A DNA stretch of 64,000 nt from Candidatus Hydrogenedentota bacterium (GCA_963674865.2 CAXXYE010000009.1:1952001-2016000); one strand, 5' to 3'. Positions 10,801-20,971 are shown, counted from the first letter of the stretch. Notes: a model not told the origin generated them from the sequence alone. Made by a program: numbers and translations.

Positions 10801-12096
10801 ATCGCGGGTTCGGTAGGCCTCCTCGAATATAGCCGGGCAATGATTGAGCCGGTTCATGCCGTATGCGCCGCCATGCTGTTGTCCGTATGAAAAAGCGGTG
10901 ATGTTTCCGTAGTCGTCGCCCACGGCGGCAGACTTTTTCACTGCTTCCCACGTATATCTTGAACAGTCGTCCAGCACGGGCCATAGCGCGAGGTCCGCCG
11001 AACTGCCCGAGCCGTAAACAGCATCAAACGCTTCTTGGGCAACGGTTACAGCAAGGTCCGGTTCGAGGAGGGCGCTTCGGGGTGTGTTGGATGCAGGCCC
11101 AACCACGACAGCCGCCCGCCGCCAGACCATGCTCTGAAACGGCACACTCTCGTCGGCGGTGCAGCGTAGATACCTCAGTTCGTCCGCGGTGCTCACTACG
11201 CGTCCCCGCCGTGTCAATGGGGCCACGGGAAACGTGATAACGGTCGCTCCGTCCGATGCAGTAACCACACACGGTTTGCCGTCTGCAAACAGGTGCTGGA
11301 TTCCCGCCGGAAGTCCGGGGCCGGTGAGATGCCAGCCGAGATCCGGCGCCGTCGCATCGCCCTCGGCGCGACGTTGCACGTGCCCCTGGATCGCTACGGT
11401 ACCCAGGCAATCTGCCTGGACCTCGATGATCCGCGGCCAATCCGGGTCCGGGAGGAGGAGTCGCACCCAGACGTAGTGCTGCCCCGCCTCGACGGTTTCT
11501 GCAACAAACTCCCCGGATGACCTCGGCGGGGCAATAAGGTCGGCCTGCCATCTCTCCCGGGCATCTATACTCCAGGAGACGGTGTCGGGATCGACATGAA
11601 TCGCCAGAGTGCCGAGCGCAATTTCGAGCCCATTGCCCTGCTCCGTCACATCGCTCCCATGGGCGCCTTCTTCCGGTGGGGCCAAAACAAGCCTGAAATC
11701 ATGCGTTGTCGTGTCCGCGAAGTTAAAAGGAAAGGTGACCAACGCTCGGCGCACCGATCGCGGCCGGCCCGGATGGTACGTGAGCGGGCGCACGTCCGCG
11801 ACAACGTCCACACCCCCGCAGGGCGCACACAGGCCCATCTCCGCGGGCAACGCAGCGGGTGCGAAGGGCAACGACACTCGGACAAGATGCGTGCCTACGG
11901 ACGGCGGCGTCGCCTCGAATGAGGGCAAGGCGCCGATATGCCCCGCACACACTCCGTTTTCAGACACGGGGGGCTCCTGAACGCCGAATTGTCCTTGCAT
12001 GGCCCGGCCCGTCAGCGCAGGGCAACGTGAACTCCAGATGAGTGCTCCTGCAAGAACAGCCAGAATGAAGCCCAATCGCACAGTATTCCAAAACAT
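7843..12096 (-). CDS. Large secreted multidomain protein: YetA/PcRGLX-like N-terminus and alpha/alpha toroid, unknown beta domain, C-terminal alpha/beta hydrolase (dienelactone-hydrolase/Abhydrolase_7-like)
   Basis: Signal peptide; VRVSLPF...VRPL...SVRRALVTF N-terminus; toroid-like repeats YAYEETGDPRM, LYRFTGG, DFLAASQDPTGGWRY; C-terminal LHDHGAHFSIGKEK, GLSMG nucleophile elbow, D (GSRDGLF) and H (VPHEF). Confidence 0.75.
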   Translation of the reverse strand: MFWNTVRLGFILAVLAGALIWSSRCPALTGRAMQGQFGVQEPPVSENGVCAGHIGALPSFEATPPSVGTHLVRVSLPFAPAALPAEMGLCAPCGGVDVVADVRPLTYHPGRPRSVRRALVTFPFNFADTTTHDFRLVLAPPEEGAHGSDVTEQGNGLEIALGTLAIHVDPDTVSWSIDARERWQADLIAPPRSSGEFVAETVEAGQHYVWVRLLLPDPDWPRIIEVQADCLGTVAIQGHVQRRAEGDATAPDLGWHLTGPGLPAGIQHLFADGKPCVVTASDGATVITFPVAPLTRRGRVVSTADELRYLRCTADESVPFQSMVWRRAAVVVGPASNTPRSALLEPDLAVTVAQEAFDAVYGSGSSADLALWPVLDDCSRYTWEAVKKSAAVGDDYGNITAFSYGQQHGGAYGMNRLNHCPAIFEEAYRTRDRALRNAAVLWCNNMHDLSLWWGDDDDFGGTRYNSASATGSKERDPDFMWRLDGASTFCTKGYDAFFYAYEETGDPRMMAALLSQLDYAANHVHTDTGQCRNIGDVADFMRLYRFTGGIRFKREALRLFSELRTKLSAGDLFSQGGEPIVKDGPFIDDDQHGYEAPFAKPYIIGYALAGLPELLAECPDEPRLRDVVRAVADFLAASQDPTGGWRYPHPASSGLTLSQNMEHAAQLVRAASVLEARGEPIDNLIDAIERALQARVAGFRRSGRILASVTGWEQTTGAIPEGKTIYDLYAKPDDRDPSRDYTEGAVSVGYSPPEGLVYFPDVLRFYLRHRPAERLFGMSPELASVVARIPDGRLRLTPADKGSYLRIERPDDPSVGFLLWGPEWVTFPELGYSEEELGGMALDWKRDEANGAVSYTIDRESATFSASFVPHPDYVECTYTTWPKPGVVPSGNLGVGPCTQMNGGIFETDAQDLLNRLWFLSDGEWTSVGSCAGGNERNVLYITGYPSPEMTGGMAESGWRTIQSPRPDNALIACTSPDGRWVAATAAEFSTSLCNNAGASHRCIHSQGSTPLRKDGPTTLRVHVYLLEGTLDDLRARYELDAVRWRAAPAAPPEAVAGVDTYGVRRMLPSFNDARVRRMDFPLAWQHTDLPFADWRAEARRVYLDSLSTPPRRAPFAPAVIAVEDRETYEARKIAFNINADCRIKAYLLVPKGNGPFPGMIALHDHGAHFSIGKEKVVRPFGESQAVLDDATAWVNECYGGRWIGDELAKRGYVVFAIDVLYWGDRGRMEGVDYEDQQAVGANMLQLGYSWAGYNVRDDIRSAEFLQGLPEVDPDRIACVGLSMGANRTWHLAAATDIVKAGAAICWIGDTATLAEEGNNQTTGYSAYSMIHPDLRNALDYPDVAAIACPKPMLFFNGSRDGLFPVPGVEAAYTRMREVWESQDVAESLYCRLWDVPHEFNAAMQEDAFAWLDRYMK

Positions 12097-12229
12097 GACC
12101 TTTTCCTTCCATCGCTCCCACGCGCCGGCTAAGGTAACAATAGCCTCACCTTCGTCTTCACCATTAAGCGACTATCGTAGCTCCTCGTCGAGATTGCGGG
12201 TCGACCACGCCGCTGCCAGTTTCACGCCG

Positions 12230-12580
12230 AAGGATAGGCGCTCTTCCCACATCGGTCTCGGTCGGGTACTACCAGCGGACAACTCCGCAGGCCCCCTCTT
12301 GCGCGGGCCTCATCGCAGTTACCAGCGCGATCTCAAGTTTGAGTCACAGACCCGACGTGGGTTCCAAAAACTGTCTTCAATGAGTGGACCAAAAGACCTC
12401 GTCGTGGTTCAAGAGGGAGCGACAGCAGCCCGAAAGCAGCAACTCCAAGAAAGACGGGTTTCGTGCGCAGCAGGACTTCTTGACCTTCTTCCAGCAGATG
12501 CAGAAGCGGCGACTCGCGGTGATTTTGAACATCATTGAAGCTTGTATGGCCGAGACTGCATGCGTAATGTCGGTAACGCG
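12230..12580 (-). pseudogene. Heavily eroded 5' relic of an integrase-core-type IS
   Basis: Shares GTGATTTTGAACATCATTGAAGCTT with the copies near 31140 and 41250. The minus strand gives broken similarity to the ...DxxFW...RW...GRxxI N-terminus of this transposase type. Confidence 0.4.
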
Positions 12581-12606
12581 TGCCAGAAGATGCAAAGAAC
12601 AATTCT

Positions 12607-15600
12607 CTAGAAGGGGCTCATACCTGCGTAGAAGTTCCCGTCGTTCCCTTTGAGGCTCTTGAACTGGACGCCCTTTAGCAGGGGCCGAATCACTTCCTCG
12701 ACCGACATACTGATTCTAGGCCGGAAAGCATCACCCTGCACGTACTCTAGAACACCGTCCATAAGCGCGATCGTCGCAGGATCGTCCATGTCGAGGTTGA
12801 ACGATACCGTGAAGATGCAGCCCCCCTCCGTCTGGGCTTCCCACATCGCCGACTGCAGGCGGATGTACTTGTAGGAACTCACAACTTCCACGATGGGGTT
12901 GAACTCGACGGGAAACTTGTTGAATTCGACGCACTTGCCGTTCTCAAGGAGCTTGCTGAATTGCCAGTCGCACCAACCTTCGTGCGGCACGTATTTGAGC
13001 GCGGAATGTTGGTTGATGACCGTGGCGAAGTTCATATGCGCGCGGCCGGCCACGCCGATCTGAAAACGGGTGTCGTTTGCGGGAAACGGTTCAGCGCCAA
13101 GAAGCAGCACATTGCCGCCCGCCGCGAGGTGGTCCACGTCGGCTTCGGAAAGCCTTCTCACGATGCGAAGCGCCGCCTCCGGGGCTTCCGCCACGGGGCG
13201 GATTCCCGGATACCGGCCTTGTAGTAGTTCGAGCGCCTCGCCGTCTGCGGCGGCGGACACCGCAGGCGCCTCGCGTCCGGGAAACACCCAGAAGTCCCAG
13301 TGGTTCGTAATATCGTATCCCGGACCTTCCAGGGCGACGTCCAGCACCAGGTGTCGTGGCGCATCCAGTTCCGGGAAGTTGAACGCGATATTGCCCACCT
13401 CGGCGACCGCACCGTCCGGGGCCTGTATGTTCTCAAGAGCCCCATCCAGGACCACGTTTTCGCCGTCGAGCAGGCGCCATGCAAGGTTCCCGCTACGCAG
13501 GTCGGCCCCGCCGTAGAGGGACGTCATAACCGGTACGTCGAAGCTCTCCCCGCTGCGGAAGATGTGTCGCTTGGCGTTGTCCAGGAGTACGACGCTCTCG
13601 CCGTTGTACTGAAGCACGCGCTCGAGTGTATCGCCGGGCTTGAACTCGAAGAACTCGTTCAACATCCCGCATCCGTATCCCGAGTTGTGCCAGTGGCTGT
13701 CCCGTGCGCCTAGAAGGTCGTAGCCATCGAAGTCATCGCACTTGCGAAGGTTCTCGAGCACGAACTTCCGGGCTTGCCCGTGCCAGCGGGCCGAGTTCTC
13801 ATAGTACGTGGGAGCCATGTCTAGGCGGCCGGCCGCCGTGACATATTCGCGGGCGGCCCTGTAAAGGTCGGCGGGCATGGTGCCCGTATAGCGCGACTCG
13901 AGCGAAAGGTCGATGTACGTGCCGATAATCCCCGATTCGTGCGCCAGAATAGGGCGCTCATAGTGCGTGTATTCCGGCTCGACTTCGCGCCAGTCGCGTC
14001 CGGCGAAGTTGGAATAGCTGAAGTCATTGGCCCTAGCCGCAAAGACGTCTGAATACCGCGTTACACGTGCCCATAGGGCCTCATAGTAGGCGTCTTCGTC
14101 TTCAAAATGGGGCGGGAGGGGAAGGTCGGCGTGTCCTGCTTCAGATTCCGGCCCGGACATGGTGTGCATGGGAATGATGAGCGCATCCGGAGCGAGTGCT
14201 TTGGCTTCACGGTAGCGCTCGGCGAACTTCGAAATAAGCCCTTCGTGGCCCACTTCCTCGTTGCCCCCGCAGTACATGACAACCGAAGGATGGTTGCGGC
14301 AGGACCGGATCATCTCGCCCCAGCGCGCATCGTCACGCGGGTCGCGGGTGGGACTGACAGAGTGTTCGGGTTGAAGCAGAATACCGACTTCGTCCGCCGC
14401 CCTCATGTACGACTCCATGGGAACCCACGTGTGGAAGCGGATGTAATTGAAACCAACTTCTTTAAGGCGTTCTAGTCGTTCGCGGAAGTACTGCACATCA
14501 TTCGGCGGATGAACTTCGGGGGCGAAGAAGTATATCTCGCACAGCCCTCGCAGGAGGATGGGGCGTCCGTTGAGAAAGAGACGCCTATCTCGTCGCTCCA
14601 ATCGTCGCAGCCCGTAAGGCCGACTTCCCGCGTCTATCGGCGTTCCATCCACGTTCTCCCATCGTACCTCGATTTCGTGAAGGGTGGGCTCCCAGATGCT
14701 CCAGGGCTTGACCCCATCCGAAACGCAGGCCCAATCTACAGTGAGCACTTCACGGGCCGCCAAGGCCCGCACGGCCACTTCACCATTGCGAATAGTCTCG
14801 CCCTGGGTGTTTGCTATCCTCCAGACAAGGCGCGTGTCGCGAGGCAGTCCAGCGGGGGCAGTTAGTTCGGCTTTCCATCGCAACTGCCCCAGGCCCTCCT
14901 CCGGATACACATAGTACGATGCGATGCGACCGGAGCCCGCCGACACGTGCAAAGAGACATCGCCATAGATTCCCCCGGACCCGCCCGCGTACCCGCGAAG
15001 GGCGCAGCTGTTGATCCAGCGCACCGCGTTGTCGACACCCAGGACAATCTCGTTGGTCTCACCGCAGAGCAATTCGCCTGTCAAATCGAATTCCGCCGGT
15101 GTGTCGTGACCATGGTGCATGTCCATATATACACCGTTCAGGTAGCAGTAGGTATCAACGCGTGCGCCACCTACCCGAAGGATAACGGTGCGGCCATCCC
15201 AGTCGCGGGGAACATCAAACTGCTTCTTGTACCAACCGACACCCTGGACGAATGGCAACCCCGCGTCAGGGTGGCGCGGCCGGCCTGAACCCCGATAGGG
15301 AAACCGGATCGGATGGGCGTTCGAGCCCCCATAATATGCAACATTGCTGCCCCAAGGTGCTTCGGGAATGTAGCTCAACTGGTCATCCCAGTACCCCGGC
15401 ACCGCCATGTCGAGGGCAAACTGATCGTCCGTGGGAAGCTGCGGGTTGGGGCGGATCATCACCGCAACGGTGAATCTCTCGACGACTTCCGCTGGAGACG
15501 GGTTCGTAGTGTAGGCGAACCGCCACGAGCCGTTCAGGGAAATGTCCTCCGCTCTTACACCCCACGCCAACACGACGAGCCCTATCAACAGAGTGCAAAA

Positions 15601-15618
15601 TACAAACCTCTTTGTCAT
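12607..15618 (-). CDS. Glycoside hydrolase family 2-like enzyme, secreted
   Basis: MTKRFVFC signal; ISLNGSWRF, VPGYW, GVGWYKKQF, GLRRLE...FLNGRPILLRG, RFHTW, RNHPSVVMYCGGNE (acid/base), HESG (putative nucleophile); GGAGA RBS. Confidence 0.85.
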   Translation of the reverse strand: MTKRFVFCTLLIGLVVLAWGVRAEDISLNGSWRFAYTTNPSPAEVVERFTVAVMIRPNPQLPTDDQFALDMAVPGYWDDQLSYIPEAPWGSNVAYYGGSNAHPIRFPYRGSGRPRHPDAGLPFVQGVGWYKKQFDVPRDWDGRTVILRVGGARVDTYCYLNGVYMDMHHGHDTPAEFDLTGELLCGETNEIVLGVDNAVRWINSCALRGYAGGSGGIYGDVSLHVSAGSGRIASYYVYPEEGLGQLRWKAELTAPAGLPRDTRLVWRIANTQGETIRNGEVAVRALAAREVLTVDWACVSDGVKPWSIWEPTLHEIEVRWENVDGTPIDAGSRPYGLRRLERRDRRLFLNGRPILLRGLCEIYFFAPEVHPPNDVQYFRERLERLKEVGFNYIRFHTWVPMESYMRAADEVGILLQPEHSVSPTRDPRDDARWGEMIRSCRNHPSVVMYCGGNEEVGHEGLISKFAERYREAKALAPDALIIPMHTMSGPESEAGHADLPLPPHFEDEDAYYEALWARVTRYSDVFAARANDFSYSNFAGRDWREVEPEYTHYERPILAHESGIIGTYIDLSLESRYTGTMPADLYRAAREYVTAAGRLDMAPTYYENSARWHGQARKFVLENLRKCDDFDGYDLLGARDSHWHNSGYGCGMLNEFFEFKPGDTLERVLQYNGESVVLLDNAKRHIFRSGESFDVPVMTSLYGGADLRSGNLAWRLLDGENVVLDGALENIQAPDGAVAEVGNIAFNFPELDAPRHLVLDVALEGPGYDITNHWDFWVFPGREAPAVSAAADGEALELLQGRYPGIRPVAEAPEAALRIVRRLSEADVDHLAAGGNVLLLGAEPFPANDTRFQIGVAGRAHMNFATVINQHSALKYVPHEGWCDWQFSKLLENGKCVEFNKFPVEFNPIVEVVSSYKYIRLQSAMWEAQTEGGCIFTVSFNLDMDDPATIALMDGVLEYVQGDAFRPRISMSVEEVIRPLLKGVQFKSLKGNDGNFYAGMSPF

Positions 15619-15677
15619 GGTTTCTCCACCGACGTCTTCGGTTTCTAGATCTTGACCGTGCTCGGGCGGCGCATTCT

Positions 15678-18050
15678 TCATTTGTATTCGGCTTGCGACC
15701 ATTCCTCAAAAAAAGCGACGGCAGGCTTGTTGGAAGCCGTGAGCGCTCCCGCCCACTCGGATCTGTCCATGTTATTCAGAAGAACTCGGTCCTCACCGGC
15801 AGCGCGCACGAGGTGTTCGACGTCAGCTACCTTTAGAATCCCGGGGATTTTTGAAGCCGAATTGTCGTAACCCACAAGCTGCACAAAGCTCGAGAACATC
15901 CCGTCGATTGCCGTCCCCTTGATACGATTGTCCAGGAGCGACGCGACCAGGCACGCCAAGCCCATTTCACGGCCCCGGCCCGCCACCAAGACACTCTCAA
16001 ACTCCTGCTGACCCTCCAAGTAGTTCACAACACACAGTAGGTCATATGCCCACATCCCGCCGAGTGGACGTCCCATAACGATGGGAGCCTGACGCAGAAT
16101 GTGCATTTCACCCCGCATGCCAGCGCCGCGCGGCTCCACCACAAACACCGTGGCATGACGGGCCAGGGCCTGCACCTCGTCTCGCTGTGATTCCGTCTCA
16201 AAATCAGACTCCCCGAGCCAGATGACGGCTCGCGGCCCTTTGCCCATCCGCAGTACGGCCACCTGCACGCCGGGGTCGGTCGTGAGCAGGAAGCCCCGGT
16301 TGGTTGGCACGGCTTCCGGGGCCTCAAGGCCCGGTAGGTTGAGCAATGCACGGACCTTCCCGGGCAGGGCTGAGGGCTCGGGACGCAACTTCGAACGGAG
16401 TGTGGCCGCCCGGTCAATCCAGATGCTATCTACGGTTTCGGCGCCCTCTTCCGGGATACCTTTTCCGCCAAAGACCAGAATCGCGGGGTCGGTCTCATCG
16501 AACAACTCGTCTTCCAGGGGCGGCTCGTCAACGGGAAACCCATCGCCCGTGCCCTTGAGCCAGCGGTCGACAAACCCATAGGTGGTCTCGCGCATGCGCT
16601 TTGTGTAATCGTGCACACCCGGTTCGATTGTGTGTAGCAGCCGTGACTCGGCGCCCAAAAGCCGATAGAAAGGCCGCGCGGCGTTGACCATCTGCTCGCA
16701 CGCGTAGGATGTGGCGTAGTCGGCGTCCACGTTCATGATGAGCATGGCCCTTGGCGCCGTAATGGCGATCAGGCTGGCCATGCCGCCCATTTGAGAGATC
16801 CCCGGCACCCAATTGTCGCCGGAGTAATAGAAGTTCAAGGCGAGTTCCGACATGGGCCAAAGCGCCACGGCAGGCATCACCGCGTCGAAGCGCTCATCCA
16901 CCGCGCCCGCGTAGAAGGTCTGCAGGCCCCCGCCTGAGGCCCCGGTAATCCCCAGGTGCGTGGTATCTATATCGGGTCGCGACTCCAGGTAGTCCACCCC
17001 GCGCATGATGTCCCATACTTCGTGGCCCGCGATGGCGCCTCCAGCGACCAAGGGGCCAAAACCCTCGTTGTTGCCGGGGATATGCCGTTCCCAGGCATAA
17101 ACGCCCTCAATGGCCAATACGGCATACCCATGTTTCGCGAGCCCGATACCCCGCAGTTGAGGTTTTTCGGAACTCTTGCCGTAGCTCCAGTGGCCGATGG
17201 CACTGATGATCGCGGGAACGGGTTCCGTAATGTTCTTCGGCAGATAGAGCAGCGCGGGCACGAGGTGGTTTGGCCGGCTTTCGTAAGCGATCTTTTCAAT
17301 GACGTAGTCCGTTCTGTCAATTCGGCCTTTGACGCTGGCGTTTAAGGGGGTCCGCGGTGGAAGGGGGTCGAGCCCCAGGGCGTTCAGCACCCGGCTCCGC
17401 AGCAGTTGCTGACGCTCGCTGACTTCCGCCACCGACCTGGGAGCGAGTTTAGGGGCTTCAAGCCGCACCAGCTCGCTCCTGAGCCATTCCGTGAACTGGA
17501 TAATTCGGCCGATTCGATCGTCCATTGGCGTCGAGCAGAAGGCCACGGCCGCAAAGCTGTGGTTACTAGCTTGGCCCGGGGTTGGTGACTCCACGCGGAT
17601 TTCAGCCTCGCTCTTGGGCAGGATCACCGATGCCACGCGCACCCATCCGAACTTGCACACCTTCGCCTGCATGGGCGGAATTAGACAAGAGTCGTTCACC
17701 CAGATACGGACGTCTGCTGGCGCTGAAGGTGACGTATAAATTCGGGCATAGACTTGATACTCACCACCCTCAAAGGCAACGTGCTTGCTTACAGGTGAAC
17801 CATTCGAGGTGAAGAAGTTGCCTGCTCCCCAAGACTGCCCCTCTTTCCACTGGTCGATTCCCGCCATTTCCGCCGCTTGGACGACTATCAGCTCCGCCCC
17901 CACTCGGCTGGGCAACAGCAGGAATAGAAGCGCGAGACTAACTGCCAAAGATCTGCGGAGTGGTGACCCACTACTCAACCACGAAACAACATGGCATTTC
18001 GTATTCTTCACTTGAGCTATTCCTATGCGGTTTGCTGAACATGGGACCAT
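15678..18050 (-). CDS. Secreted alpha/beta hydrolase, acetylxylan-esterase-like (start uncertain)
   Basis: RTPLNASVKG..DYVIEKIAYESRP..VPALLYLP, IGHW, DIMRGVDYLESRPDID..LGITGASGGG (GxSxG), APRAMLI, GVHDY; second degenerate hydrolase-like domain at the C-terminus. Confidence 0.8.
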   Translation of the reverse strand: MVPCSANRIGIAQVKNTKCHVVSWLSSGSPLRRSLAVSLALLFLLLPSRVGAELIVVQAAEMAGIDQWKEGQSWGAGNFFTSNGSPVSKHVAFEGGEYQVYARIYTSPSAPADVRIWVNDSCLIPPMQAKVCKFGWVRVASVILPKSEAEIRVESPTPGQASNHSFAAVAFCSTPMDDRIGRIIQFTEWLRSELVRLEAPKLAPRSVAEVSERQQLLRSRVLNALGLDPLPPRTPLNASVKGRIDRTDYVIEKIAYESRPNHLVPALLYLPKNITEPVPAIISAIGHWSYGKSSEKPQLRGIGLAKHGYAVLAIEGVYAWERHIPGNNEGFGPLVAGGAIAGHEVWDIMRGVDYLESRPDIDTTHLGITGASGGGLQTFYAGAVDERFDAVMPAVALWPMSELALNFYYSGDNWVPGISQMGGMASLIAITAPRAMLIMNVDADYATSYACEQMVNAARPFYRLLGAESRLLHTIEPGVHDYTKRMRETTYGFVDRWLKGTGDGFPVDEPPLEDELFDETDPAILVFGGKGIPEEGAETVDSIWIDRAATLRSKLRPEPSALPGKVRALLNLPGLEAPEAVPTNRGFLLTTDPGVQVAVLRMGKGPRAVIWLGESDFETESQRDEVQALARHATVFVVEPRGAGMRGEMHILRQAPIVMGRPLGGMWAYDLLCVVNYLEGQQEFESVLVAGRGREMGLACLVASLLDNRIKGTAIDGMFSSFVQLVGYDNSASKIPGILKVADVEHLVRAAGEDRVLLNNMDRSEWAGALTASNKPAVAFFEEWSQAEYK

Positions 18051-18247
18051 AACGAGTATTCCATCTGGGCATTATCTTGGCCAATTCTCTGAATTCAGCT
18101 CAGCGTACAAGGCAATCGAAAACAGATGAGTTTTCAGGAAGCACAACACTTGGCGAACCCTGAAGCGAAATAGATCCTTCTAGCTGGCTTGTTATAACAG
18201 AGACAGATTGAAAACTCGATTCTAGCGATGCAGGGTAATCAGTAGTT

Positions 18248-19099
18248 TTGAAGGCATCTTCTTTCATATTGACGCTGACCGCAGTGGTCATCGGCGGCTT
18301 CTTCCTTGTGGGATGTTCAAATCCGAAGCCTTGGCCGGAAAGCCCTCTGTACGAGACGCCGGTCAACGATCCGAATTGGGAGGCGCCCGCGAGCAAGGAA
18401 GAAGCCATGGCCGCCATGGCAGGGCATTATGCCCACTACGATGTGGTTGCCTATGACGGCGAGACGCCCAACGGACCCCTGTCCACGTTTGTGATCTCTT
18501 ATGGCTTCACGGATTTGGTCATCGAAGATGGCGAGCTTGTCGAGTACGACAGCTTCTGTCACGCTGAACATAGAGCCAATCAGAATATGGTCACCATGTT
18601 CCCGGATGAGGCTACACAAGCCATCGTCCCCCGGAGCGCAATAGTCGATGTTTATGAAGAAGCCGGGAAATGGAAGATATGGCGTCCCGCAACACCCACG
18701 CTGATCGGGATCGATGGCAATCCCGACGAGCCGCTATCAATGGACCCCAATGATCCGCTGATCACCGATGATGACAACGATGGAAAGCCAGGCGTCACGG
18801 TGTTCGTGAAATTGTTCGGCCTGATTAAAGGTGAGATCTATCTTGCTCGTCGTGAGATATTCAAGAATGACTTGACGCTCTATTCCGAAGGTAGCTTGCG
18901 CGGCTCGGTGATTGACGATTCGGAACAGCTAGTGGTTGGCGCATCGCTTTGCATCCTGAACACACCGAATGATCCAAAGCAGTGGGAAGACCCCGGTCTC
19001 AACCCAATCATACTGGTTCCGATCCCCGATGACATCGACAGCTGTGAAGAACTCATGGCGAATCGAGATTCACTGTTTCCCGCTGAGCCCAAATTCTGA
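18248..19099 (+). CDS. Hypothetical lipoprotein
   Basis: Lipobox LVGC after a hydrophobic stretch; acidic loop DDDNDGKPGVTV resembles a Ca-binding motif. Confidence 0.7.
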   Translation: MKASSFILTLTAVVIGGFFLVGCSNPKPWPESPLYETPVNDPNWEAPASKEEAMAAMAGHYAHYDVVAYDGETPNGPLSTFVISYGFTDLVIEDGELVEYDSFCHAEHRANQNMVTMFPDEATQAIVPRSAIVDVYEEAGKWKIWRPATPTLIGIDGNPDEPLSMDPNDPLITDDDNDGKPGVTVFVKLFGLIKGEIYLARREIFKNDLTLYSEGSLRGSVIDDSEQLVVGASLCILNTPNDPKQWEDPGLNPIILVPIPDDIDSCEELMANRDSLFPAEPKF

Positions 19100-19341
19100 G
19101 ATTCTATAGCACACCACCGCTAATTCCACGGCTTCCGGTGACCCGCTTCCGCACAGGCTGAGGTCGAGTTCTCATTTAGTTGGAGTGGGCCCACAGGTCC
19201 ATGGCCTTGAAGGTGGGCGCGTCGGAAAGGTCATTTGCCACTCCCCAAGAGCTTCCTTTTTATTCTTCAAAGCCTGCTCCCTGAGGGTCCGAGGATATAA
19301 AAACACTATCTGCTGAGATTGACGCGGTTTGAGAACCGGTA

Positions 19342-19851
19342 TCACTTACTAGACCGGAGCGGGCGCCATCCTTTGCTGGTTTGGGCGAGCAGGCGCATCA
19401 AACGAATGCGGTTGTATCTTTGGGTGACAATGCACGGGAGATTGGCCGCGACCGCGTAAGCCACCATCAGCCAACCGACCCACCAAGGATTCCAGAGAAA
19501 GAAGAGGGCCGAACAGGCAAGCACACTCCAATGCACGGCCTCACCACGGCAGGTTTCCCTCGCGAACCGATTGATGTATTCGGGATGGTTTGCGTTTAGG
19601 CGTTTCTTAGGAAACCCCTTCTTGAATAGTGCAGCCCCGTCCGGCAGCAGACCTTTCCAACGTCGCACAGCGAACATGACCTCGTACAAACGTCCGCCAA
19701 GTTCCCATGAACGCTCCCGGTAGCACCAATGGTCGGGTCGGAACAGCGCTATGGGCAGCTGCGTGCCGAGCCAAGCGGCCGTCATATGGATGATGGGCCA
19801 CGCCGCGACGTTTAACACTACTAACCATAGAAGGGGCAACTCGACAAGCAC
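19342..19851 (-). CDS. crtO: Glycosyl-4,4'-diaponeurosporenoate acyltransferase
   Basis: VRRWKGLLPDGA, FARETCRGEAVHW, ANLPCIVTQRYNRIRL, all typical of CrtO; immediately downstream of the crtQ-like gene. Confidence 0.85.
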   Translation of the reverse strand: MLVELPLLWLVVLNVAAWPIIHMTAAWLGTQLPIALFRPDHWCYRERSWELGGRLYEVMFAVRRWKGLLPDGAALFKKGFPKKRLNANHPEYINRFARETCRGEAVHWSVLACSALFFLWNPWWVGWLMVAYAVAANLPCIVTQRYNRIRLMRLLAQTSKGWRPLRSSK

Positions 19852-19861
19852 GTTGACGTCC

Positions 19862-20971
19862 TCAGTCCTCCCTCGTTTTCTCCCCTGTCTCGCGACCTTT
19901 CCAGGATACCCGTTTGCCGCAGAGTCTCAGGTACATTGACCGAGCAAAAACGGCTTGGTAGAAGCAGAGCGGAATCGGGTAGAAGACCGACGTAACCAGT
20001 CTGAACGCCCCAATTCGCCGGAGGATGCACTGCAGTTGCAGCACGAAGAGCAGGTAGAGGCCTGCGCCAAGCCACAGCGCCATTGTGCTGGCTATGGTAC
20101 CCCACACCAGAAAGGCGGCAGCGAGAATGGCCCCGGTGAACCACCCCACACTGGCAAGCATGATCCAAGTCGGGGTCTCGGCTGCACCGAAGGCGAACGC
20201 TTTGCTCCAGCCCTGTATCAGGCTCCGAAGGCCTTCAGGGTACATCTGTATGTTGAAGCTGCCTCTGCCTCCAAGGCAGCGTGTAAGGACTCCCCGCTCA
20301 CGGAACGTCCTAGCAAGATGGAGGTTCTCAAGGATCTTGTCCTTCACCGCCCCGTGCCCTCCGACGGCTGCGTAGCTTTGGCGGTCAACCATTAGGAAAG
20401 GTCCCAAGAGTCCCGTGGCAGGGCGGTTGCGCCCACCAATGGCAAACGCACCCGTGCCAGCCACCATAAGGATGTTAAAGAACGCGGACAGTTCCTCGTA
20501 AAGCCGCTCGACACTGTGATAGGCAGCCACCGACAGCGCGCCACGTCCATCGAGATAGGTGTCAAGAATGGTGCGCAGGCCGCCGTCCTCGAAGAATGTA
20601 TCTGCGTCGAGGAAGAGGAGTATTTCGCCCGTAGCCGTGTCCGCCCCCTGCGTACATGCCCACGTTTTGCCAGTCCATCCTTCTGGTAGGGGCTTTGACT
20701 CTATAACGATGGCTCCGGCGGCGCGCGCCACGTCGGATGTGCGGTCTGTTGAGTCGTCGTCGACGACGATTATCTCGTGTGGCTGAATGCCCTGTGTTGA
20801 TAATGATACGAGCAAACGGGGTAGATTCCGTTCCTCGTTGCGCGCCGGTACGATCACCGATAATCTTGGATAGGAGTGTTGCTGTCCGGAGCGCTCACAT
20901 GTGGGAATGTGGAATAGGAAAAGGAACGCCGTACCCCAAAACAGAAAGATGATGAAGGTCAGGAGTATCAT
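19862..20971 (-). CDS. crtQ: 4,4'-diaponeurosporenoate glycosyltransferase (GT2)
   Basis: SVIVPARNEERNLPRLL, VVDDDSTDRT, PEGWTGKTWAC, FLDADT, MYPEGLRSLIQGWSK; ATG overlaps the crtP stop (ATGA). Confidence 0.85.
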   Translation of the reverse strand: MILLTFIIFLFWGTAFLFLFHIPTCERSGQQHSYPRLSVIVPARNEERNLPRLLVSLSTQGIQPHEIIVVDDDSTDRTSDVARAAGAIVIESKPLPEGWTGKTWACTQGADTATGEILLFLDADTFFEDGGLRTILDTYLDGRGALSVAAYHSVERLYEELSAFFNILMVAGTGAFAIGGRNRPATGLLGPFLMVDRQSYAAVGGHGAVKDKILENLHLARTFRERGVLTRCLGGRGSFNIQMYPEGLRSLIQGWSKAFAFGAAETPTWIMLASVGWFTGAILAAAFLVWGTIASTMALWLGAGLYLLFVLQLQCILRRIGAFRLVTSVFYPIPLCFYQAVFARSMYLRLCGKRVSWKGRETGEKTRED

